A stretch of 64,000 nt of DNA from positions 32,001 to 96,000 of the forward strand of contig JBMNIH010000007.1 in the NCBI GenBank assembly GCA_050950825.1, written 5' to 3'. Position numbers and translations under genes: made by a program. A model generated the notes under the pieces. The model searched no databases, had not been told where the DNA came from, and saw only the letters and a program-made list of their open reading frames with translations. How positions within the stretch are numbered: the first letter of the stretch is position 1; the number at the start of each line of letters is the position of its first letter. Below are positions 57,154 to 64,000 of this stretch, one piece after another. Source of the DNA: Clostridia bacterium (GTDB lineage Bacteria; Bacillota; Clostridia; JAAYHZ01).

Positions 57154-59432
57154 TGAATAACACCTCCGATTTCAAGGGCTTTCTTTTGGGTTTCCATGAT
57201 ATTATAGAATTCACCCTTCTTCTCTATCAATTCGTCATGGGTTCCTATTTCCACGATTCGTCCGTTGTCTATAACAAGGATTCGATCCGCACTTCTTAAC
57301 GTGGACAGTCTGTGAGCGATTACCAATGTGGTCTTGTTCTTAATCAGCCTATCCAAGGCGCTTTGTATTTTAATCTCCGTTTCGGTATCTACCGAAGCGG
57401 TAGCCTCGTCCAGAATCAAAACATCCGGATTGTGAAGAATGGTGCGAGCAATGGATACCCGCTGCCTTTCACCGCCGGATAAGTCTTGGCCTTCTTTTCC
57501 GATTAATGTATCGTATTTGTCCGGCAATTTCATAATAAAGTCATGGGCACCCGCCGCAATGGATGCTTGAATAATATCCTCCGGATGTGCATCCGGCCGG
57601 CCGTAGGATATGTTTTCCGCGATGGTTCCGGAAAACAAGAACGTATCCTGCATAACCATACCGATCTTCGAATGAAGATCATCCAGTTTATACTCTTTAA
57701 TATTAATCCCGTCGATAAGGATTTGTCCTTCGTCCACATCGTAAAGGCGGGTAATCAAGTTAGCTAACGTAGATTTCCCCGCACCGGACTTACCGACGAT
57801 TCCGATAGTCTCTCCGGGCCTGATCTCCAAGCTGATGTTATGAATGACCGGTTTGTTGGGCTCGTAGCTGAAGGAAACGTTCTTCAATTCGATATGTCCC
57901 TTTGCTTTGTCCATGGGATAAGCGTTTTGAATCTCGTAAATGTCCGGCACGGCATCGATGATTTCAAATATTCTTTGTCCGGCCGTCATGGTGTCGGACC
58001 ACCAATTGACAAGGTCCGACATGTATTGTATCGGCTGGTAAAGCATTCCTAAGTACATATTGAATGCCACCAAGCTTCCGAAGCTTAAATTTCCCTGTAT
58101 AACTTGGTAGCCGCCGTATCCCCACACGATCAGCGATCCCGTGCTGATTAATAAATGCATCAACGGGAAGGCGGTGGATGCATAGGTGGAAATATTGATT
58201 ACCGAATCGGTAAACCGACCGTTGGCACGCACAAAACGATCGATTTCATTTTTCTCTTTCCCGAAGGCTTTAACGACACGGAATCCGGTTAACGTGTCGT
58301 TGACCAATGCATTCAAATACCGAACAGTTCGATAGCGTTTGGTATGCAAGGTATTCAGCGTAGGGAATATGACTTTGGATATGTACAAAACAAGGGGCAC
58401 CGGCAGTAAAATGAGGAAGGTTAGCTTCACATTCATGGAAAACAGCACCGCCAAGGTACCTACCATAACAAAGGCATTGACTACGACGTAAGGCATACCG
58501 TCGTGGAAAAAGTATGTCAATCGGCTGGAGTCGTTGTTTACGCGGGTCAGCAAGCTACCGGTTTCTTTGCTGCTGAAAAACCGCATGGACAATTCCTGCA
58601 TGGCTCGGAACACGTTGACTTTAATATCGTAAACCACGTTGGTGGCTAAAAAGGCGTTGATACGCCCTTGGATGATGGAAAAGATCAAAAAGATCAACTG
58701 GGCGGCGGCAATCAAAAGAATGACCTGCCCGATCTTACCGTAATACCGTCCATCGGCAGCCAACGCTTCGTCAAACAGGATGTTTCCGTTTACGTAGGGA
58801 CGGAAAATGTTCGCGGTGGCACTGAGCAGCATGAATACGATAAGCAATGCGGCTCGTAATTTGTAATTCTTCATGTAGGAAAGAATACGGATGAAAATGG
58901 AGCGTTTATCAATACAGTGAGGGCAAACCTTCCTACCGGGATCCGGATAATACCTTCCGCATTTAGGACAAACATTCTTTGTTTGCTCCTGCATAATTTC
59001 ATGAAGACGAATTTCTTCGTTGTTTTTCAGCTTGCTATGAATTCTTGCCAAGATTCCGAAGTCTTTTTGTCTTGTAGCCGTAAAACGGCACAAGTAAACA
59101 TCGGTACCGTCTTCCATTTCGGCTATAAGTACGCCACCGGATACCATGTCGTTTATGAGAATACTTTTGATGTCGCCGATCGGATATTCTTTTACTTCTT
59201 TTAAATTAAAAGTAGATTCTTCCTCGGCACTCTTTCCTTTTTTCTTTCGGGAAAAGGATGTACCTTGAAGAATGTAAAGCTTTTCTTTTGTAATGATCAG
59301 CCAATTTTCGCTGAACAGCCCCGAATAATCCAAATCGGAAGGTGCGGCAAACAAAACATCCTCTCTGTCTAATTCCAAGGCCTTTAGTTCATTGTCCAAG
59401 TATTTAGGCAATAAGTCACCGGCTTTCATCAT
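57150..59432 (-). CDS. ABC exporter half-transporter (TMD+NBD) with N-terminal extension and CxxC-CxxC zinc ribbon
   Basis: CPKCGRYY...VCPHC; GKSGAGKST, LSGGERQR, LILDEAT, IAHRLST. Confidence 0.9.
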   Translation of the reverse strand: MMKAGDLLPKYLDNELKALELDREDVLFAAPSDLDYSGLFSENWLIITKEKLYILQGTSFSRKKKGKSAEEESTFNLKEVKEYPIGDIKSILINDMVSGGVLIAEMEDGTDVYLCRFTATRQKDFGILARIHSKLKNNEEIRLHEIMQEQTKNVCPKCGRYYPDPGRKVCPHCIDKRSIFIRILSYMKNYKLRAALLIVFMLLSATANIFRPYVNGNILFDEALAADGRYYGKIGQVILLIAAAQLIFLIFSIIQGRINAFLATNVVYDIKVNVFRAMQELSMRFFSSKETGSLLTRVNNDSSRLTYFFHDGMPYVVVNAFVMVGTLAVLFSMNVKLTFLILLPVPLVLYISKVIFPTLNTLHTKRYRTVRYLNALVNDTLTGFRVVKAFGKEKNEIDRFVRANGRFTDSVINISTYASTAFPLMHLLISTGSLIVWGYGGYQVIQGNLSFGSLVAFNMYLGMLYQPIQYMSDLVNWWSDTMTAGQRIFEIIDAVPDIYEIQNAYPMDKAKGHIELKNVSFSYEPNKPVIHNISLEIRPGETIGIVGKSGAGKSTLANLITRLYDVDEGQILIDGINIKEYKLDDLHSKIGMVMQDTFLFSGTIAENISYGRPDAHPEDIIQASIAAGAHDFIMKLPDKYDTLIGKEGQDLSGGERQRVSIARTILHNPDVLILDEATASVDTETEIKIQSALDRLIKNKTTLVIAHRLSTLRSADRILVIDNGRIVEIGTHDELIEKKGEFYNIMETQKKALEIGGVIQ

Positions 59433-59606
59433 ATATCAAAACCTTTCTACACTATGAATTTGTGTTTTCGAAGGAAAAATAAAAGACAATCGAATTTTCG
59501 ACTCCCCTTGAATACAACCTAAACGTTTTTCGGTATATGACTTGCTCATTTCATACCTCAAATTCAATTCCGTCGGTCGGGCCGAAAGGCCGTTAACGTC
59601 TCGATA

Positions 59607-59635
59607 ATCATAACACCCGGAAAAGCCGTTGTCAA
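59607..59635 (-). promoter_or_regulatory. sigmaA promoter of the ABC-DUF1854 operon
   Basis: minus strand TTGACA-17-TATGAT with extended TG. Confidence 0.75.
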
Positions 59636-59728
59636 TTCCGTATATTTATTATAATAAAAGTTTCATATAAAAACAATTCATATATATAGCAAGAGATCGT
59701 TGCATCTCGGATTCTCCTTCGGATTTAA

Positions 59729-59775
59729 ACTGACTGGTCAGTATAAATGATATACCGAAAATTTTTCGTTGTCAA
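59729..59775 (-). promoter_or_regulatory. second sigmaA promoter with palindromic TetR-like operator at +1
   Basis: minus strand TTGACA-17-TATCAT; ACTGAC-TG-GTCAGT at 59729-59742. Confidence 0.6.
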
Positions 59776-59890
59776 CAAAAAACGAGGACGGGTTTTACTT
59801 TTTTAAGCGGAATCGGCATTGAATTCCCATTGTTTAATAGGTTATCATATATTAATGATACTTTATGAATAAGGGAATGGAGTTTAGTCT

Positions 59891-60523
59891 TTGTTTGATT
59901 TGGTATACAACGAAGTAATGAAACTGCTGCAGTCGGCAAAGGGAAGCCACGACGCCGACCACACCCTGCGTGTGTTGAACATGGCAAGGCATATCGGGAA
60001 GGTGGAAAAAGCGGACATGCGGGTTGTCGAATACGCCGCTCTTTTACACGACATCGGAAGAGAGGCGGAGACGCGTTCTAAAGGAAAGCTTGACCATGCC
60101 GAGGTGGGAAGCCGTATGGCGGCGGAGATTTTAACGAAATACCAATTTGAAGCATCCTTCATACGCCATGTGGCCGAGTGTATTCGAACCCATCGGGCGA
60201 GAAGCGACAAGACCCCTTCGTCTTTGGAAGCAAAGGTTGTTTACGATGCGGATACCTTGGATGCCATGGGAGCGGTGGGCATTGCCCGATCTTTTGTGTT
60301 TGCAGGTGAAATCGGCGCTCGAGTACACAATTCCGACGTGGATATATTCAAAACCGAATCCTATACCAAAGAGGATACGGCTTACAGGGAATATATGGTG
60401 AAGCTTCGGCATTTAAAGGACAAGCTTTATACCGAAGAAGGCCGCCGCATCGGTTTGGAAAGAAGCCGTTTTATGGATGTATTTTTTGAAAGACTTAATA
60501 AAGAAGTCGAGGGGTTGTTATGA
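59891..60523 (+). CDS. HD-domain phosphohydrolase (YedJ-like)
   Basis: HDADHTLRV, ALLHDIG, DHA, DADTLDAMGAVGIAR. Confidence 0.88.
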   Translation: MFDLVYNEVMKLLQSAKGSHDADHTLRVLNMARHIGKVEKADMRVVEYAALLHDIGREAETRSKGKLDHAEVGSRMAAEILTKYQFEASFIRHVAECIRTHRARSDKTPSSLEAKVVYDADTLDAMGAVGIARSFVFAGEIGARVHNSDVDIFKTESYTKEDTAYREYMVKLRHLKDKLYTEEGRRIGLERSRFMDVFFERLNKEVEGLL

Positions 60524-62172
60524 AATATTTTCTATACACGCTTTTGTTTTTAGCGGTACTTATTGTCCCGGATATTATTCAAAAAAAGCGCCGTGAAAAA
60601 AGACTGAAAAAATACATTGAGCAAGTGTGGGGAAGCGAAGAGGACCGGCTTGACGAGCCTGTAAAGGATTTTGATCCTATATCCGCTTTTTACAAGAATA
60701 TGGCTCGACAAGAGGATGGTTTTTTTATTGACGATATTACGTGGAACGACCTTCTGATGGATGATGTGTATAATCGAATCAACCATACCATGAGCGTATG
60801 CGGAGAACAGTACTTGTATTACATGATGCGGCGTACGGAAGAAGACGAAGCTTTGTTAAGAAAACGTATCGAAACCTTGGAATTGTTTCAAAAGAACCCG
60901 GACCAATTAAAGGACATACAATACCACTTGATGGAGTACGGAAAGAACCGAAGCTTCGACTTTTCCAAATACTTCTTTGAGCATTCGGGTGATATTGCGG
61001 AAAAGAATATAAGATATGTTTTGCAGGCGGTCCTTTTGCTATTATCTCCTCTTCTTTTTCTTATCGACCGGTCCCTTGGTATCGTTACGGCGTTTTTATT
61101 GGCCGGCAATATTATTACCCATTATACCGGCAGCAAACGTATCCGAAAAAATTTAACCGTATTAACGTGGATTGTGGATTTGATTAAGTGCGGCGAGAAA
61201 ATAAAGAGGAAAAATTATGCCGTCTTGAAAGACTTTCCTTTAAGAAAAGCCTTAAGAGATGTTCACTCCATGAAAATCAAGGGGTTTCATTATTTTATCT
61301 TTGAAAGCCAAAATATTATTTTGGAATATCTCAAGGCGGCTTTTTTGTTGGAGCTGATTCTTTACGGGAAATTCATGAAGCTGCTACAGGAAAAAAGGAA
61401 TGAATTTCTTCAATTATATTGCCTTCTCGGCAAAATCGATTCCTACATCTCCGTCGCTTCGGTAAGAGGGACCTATCCCGTTTGGTGTACCCCGGAATTT
61501 TTGCAAGAAGGCCCTTTGAGAACGATACAAAAAAAGGCGTACCATCCTTTGATATCTTATCCCGTTCCGAATGACCTATACATGGATAAATGCATTTTGA
61601 TTACGGGATCCAATGCATCCGGAAAATCGACTTTCTTAAAGACTGTCGCCATAAATGCCATCTTCGCACAGACGATTTGCACTTGTTTCGCCGAAAAATA
61701 CCGAAGCTCCATCGTGAACGTATATACCTCCATGGCTTTAAGAGACGATATCGTTTCGCAAGAAAGCTACTACATCGTGGAAATCAAATCCCTTAAAAGA
61801 ATTTTGGATGCGGTTGAGGTAAAAAAGAATGTTTTATGCTTTATCGACGAGGTATTAAGGGGAACGAACACCATCGAGCGTATTGCCGCTTCCTCGGAAA
61901 TATTGAAGAATTTCAGCCGGTCCGGGGCTTTGTGTATGGCGGCTACCCATGACATTGAGCTTGCCGAAATTTTGGCGGAGCTCTATGAAAACTATCATTT
62001 CCAAGAACATATTACCGATGACGATATCACCTTCGACTATATTCTCTACCCCGGAAAAACCGGAACTCGAAACGCCATACAGCTCCTTCGATTAATGGGT
62101 TATCCTCCTGAAATCGTGGAAAAGGCTCATAATAACGCCCGGCGCTTTTTGGATACCGGCGCTTGGAGATAA
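60520..62172 (+). CDS. membrane-anchored MutS-related ATPase (domain V only)
   Basis: N-terminal TM, IDDITWNDL, internal TMs, HP, ITGSNASGKST, FIDEVLRGTN, ATHD. Confidence 0.85.
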   Translation: MKYFLYTLLFLAVLIVPDIIQKKRREKRLKKYIEQVWGSEEDRLDEPVKDFDPISAFYKNMARQEDGFFIDDITWNDLLMDDVYNRINHTMSVCGEQYLYYMMRRTEEDEALLRKRIETLELFQKNPDQLKDIQYHLMEYGKNRSFDFSKYFFEHSGDIAEKNIRYVLQAVLLLLSPLLFLIDRSLGIVTAFLLAGNIITHYTGSKRIRKNLTVLTWIVDLIKCGEKIKRKNYAVLKDFPLRKALRDVHSMKIKGFHYFIFESQNIILEYLKAAFLLELILYGKFMKLLQEKRNEFLQLYCLLGKIDSYISVASVRGTYPVWCTPEFLQEGPLRTIQKKAYHPLISYPVPNDLYMDKCILITGSNASGKSTFLKTVAINAIFAQTICTCFAEKYRSSIVNVYTSMALRDDIVSQESYYIVEIKSLKRILDAVEVKKNVLCFIDEVLRGTNTIERIAASSEILKNFSRSGALCMAATHDIELAEILAELYENYHFQEHITDDDITFDYILYPGKTGTRNAIQLLRLMGYPPEIVEKAHNNARRFLDTGAWR

Positions 62173-62463
62173 TCAAGCAACGGCCGCCCGGTAAATCCAA
62201 TAAGCATGAAGCCCGATTACGAACAATAAGACAAAGGTTACAAAGCCGATTAGCCTTCGATAGGCTTTTATATTGCCTTTTTTAATGGAATAAAGAAGAT
62301 AGCATATGAGCAAAGCCAAAAGGGTCCTCAACAGGGTACCGGGCAGCAGCTTTAAATTCATAAACCCTTTCATGAAGGGATTGGCTTCTATAATATATCC
62401 CCATTGAAGACCGATATAGGTAAGAAGGTAGTCCGCCATGAACAGCACAAAAAACAGTATCAT
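62173..62463 (-). CDS. DUF5658-like small membrane protein
   Basis: DYLLTYIGL...EANPFM, three TMs. Confidence 0.7.
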   Translation of the reverse strand: MILFFVLFMADYLLTYIGLQWGYIIEANPFMKGFMNLKLLPGTLLRTLLALLICYLLYSIKKGNIKAYRRLIGFVTFVLLFVIGLHAYWIYRAAVA

Positions 62464-62545
62464 TCTCTTTCATCCTTTTACTTTACTGAAGGGGATTATA
62501 TCCGGATAGAAAGATCGTATACGTTTTTTGAATTTCCAAATAACA

Positions 62546-62578
62546 AAAGGGCGAATTGCCCGAGCAATTCACCCTTTC
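62546..62578 (-). terminator. terminator after moxR
   Basis: AAAGGGCGAATTGC...GCAATTCACCCTTT. Confidence 0.65.
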
Positions 62579-62596
62579 ATGGCGAAAGAAACTTTT

Positions 62597-63550
62597 TTAA
62601 AGCTTTTCCGTAGGGACTTCGATTTTCTTTAATAAATCTTCAATGACCAATTCGGCGTTTTCCACACCGGTAGAGACGGAGTGTCCTCTTAAAATCAAGC
62701 GGTGGGCCAAAATGGAAGGAGCCATAGCCTTTACATCGTCCGGCGTTACGTAATCCCTTCCTTGCATGGCGGCGAAAGCTTGGGCGCCGTTCATCAGCGC
62801 AAGGCTTCCTCGAGGGCTTACGCCTAAAAGGATGCGATCATGCTGCCTCGTACCGAAGATAATTCGAACAATGTAATTTTTCACGTCTTCGGAAACATGG
62901 ACTTGTCGGAACAGATTTTGGGCTACGATAATATCCTCTCCGGTGCAAACCTCTTCTAAATTCTCCAAAGGATCTTCCGTTTGAAAGCGCGACAGGATGC
63001 CGGCTTCTTCGTCCGCATTCGGGTATCCCATGCGGAGCCTCATGAAAAAACGGTCCATCTGGGCTTCCGGAAGAGGGAAGGTTCCTTGGGTTTCCACCGG
63101 GTTTTGGGTGGCGATGACGAAGAAAGGAAGTGCCAGCTTCATGGTCGTACCGTCGATGGTCACCTGCCGTTCCGCCATACATTCCAATAAACTGGACTGG
63201 GTTCGAGGTGTAGCACGGTTGATTTCGTCGGCTAACAGGATATTGGTAAATACCGGCCCTTCGCGAAATACGAAATCACCGGTTTTTTGATTGTAGTAGT
63301 TAATACCCGTTAAGTCCGAAGGCAACAAGTCCGGGGTGAACTGGATTCTTTTGAACGTAGCTTGGATGGACCGAGCTACGGACTTTGCCAACATGGTCTT
63401 TCCCGTTCCGGGAACATCTTCGATCAATACATGACCGGAGCAGATCAGGGCTACGATTACCTTTCGAATGACGTCTTCCTTTCCCACAATGACTTTGTTC
63501 ATATTGCGGATGATACGATCGGCTAAAGATTTGATTGTGCTTACATCCAT
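62597..63550 (-). CDS. MoxR-family AAA+ ATPase
   Basis: EDVPGTGKT, RIQFTPDLLPSD, LADEINRATP, ATQNP, DRF. Confidence 0.93.
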   Translation of the reverse strand: MDVSTIKSLADRIIRNMNKVIVGKEDVIRKVIVALICSGHVLIEDVPGTGKTMLAKSVARSIQATFKRIQFTPDLLPSDLTGINYYNQKTGDFVFREGPVFTNILLADEINRATPRTQSSLLECMAERQVTIDGTTMKLALPFFVIATQNPVETQGTFPLPEAQMDRFFMRLRMGYPNADEEAGILSRFQTEDPLENLEEVCTGEDIIVAQNLFRQVHVSEDVKNYIVRIIFGTRQHDRILLGVSPRGSLALMNGAQAFAAMQGRDYVTPDDVKAMAPSILAHRLILRGHSVSTGVENAELVIEDLLKKIEVPTEKL

Positions 63551-63607
63551 TGTTAACTTCCTTTACTCTTATTGATTCATGCTTATATTCGTAAGTCGGA
63601 CAGATGT

Positions 63608-64000
63608 TTATCCGACACTAAACGTTTCAAAAGTAATCGATGTGGTTTCCTCGGTTTCTTTCTTCTTATCTTTTCTGTAGTTTACCGTTTCTTTTTGGGT
63701 GCCGTTGGGGTGAATGCGGTAGGTGGCTTTGTATTCCCCGGATACTTCGGAGAAGTAATACAGGCGGTTATCCGCAATATTAATATACTTGCCCGGTTCC
63801 GTCGTAAGAGCGATTTTACCGCTTCCGTCCAAATGGGTTCGGTACACAAAACCGTCTTGATCGTAATTGGAATAGAAAATATAGTCTTGGTAAACGTTCA
63901 AATGCCAGCAGTCGTCTTCAATCAAAAGCTCCCTGCCGGTGCCGTCCGGTCGGATTCTGTAAACCTTATCGTCATCCGAACGATTGACGTAGTAGATGAA
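63608..64000 (-). CDS. DUF5050-like beta-propeller repeat protein (5' end beyond the window)
   Basis: repeats LNV..DYIFYSN...YR..LDGSG and INI...LYY...YRI..NGT; frame continues to the window edge. Confidence 0.65.
   Translation of the reverse strand, partial: FIYYVNRSDDDKVYRIRPDGTGRELLIEDDCWHLNVYQDYIFYSNYDQDGFVYRTHLDGSGKIALTTEPGKYINIADNRLYYFSEVSGEYKATYRIHPNGTQKETVNYRKDKKKETEETTSITFETFSVG

Overview
Mostly core chromosomal DNA from an endospore-forming Clostridia (Bacillota). The 16S signatures suggest an Oscillospirales/Acetivibrio-like lineage, which is my inference from reading the sequence. The window holds sugar-metabolism genes, ohr, a SWIM-SNF2 helicase, prs, spoIIE, thrC, fucI, tRNA-Arg(CCG), dusB and a spoVB-like flippase. 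It also has two CtsR-box-preceded hsp20 genes, a his operon lacking hisH and hisA, and CIRCE-controlled groESL. An apparently intact class C group II intron is inserted just after the groEL terminator. Further right are sleB with a sigmaG-type promoter, trxB, a P-type ATPase, an OmpR-family two-component system with two DUF4342-like paralogs, a full rrn operon (16S-tRNA-Ala-23S-5S), an ABC-DUF1854-ABC exporter operon with a complex leader, an HD + membrane MutS-domain-V pair, and MoxR. The most unusual items are (1) a pseudokinase-TM-2xLysM receptor-like protein paired divergently with a membrane beta-propeller protein, (2) the zinc-ribbon ABC/DUF1854 operon with its structured uORF-containing leader, (3) an orphan rod-like RNA structure between fucI and thrC, and (4) an 11-bp-phased operator array upstream of the DUF4342 pair. 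All family calls come from reading motifs by eye; no database searches were run.
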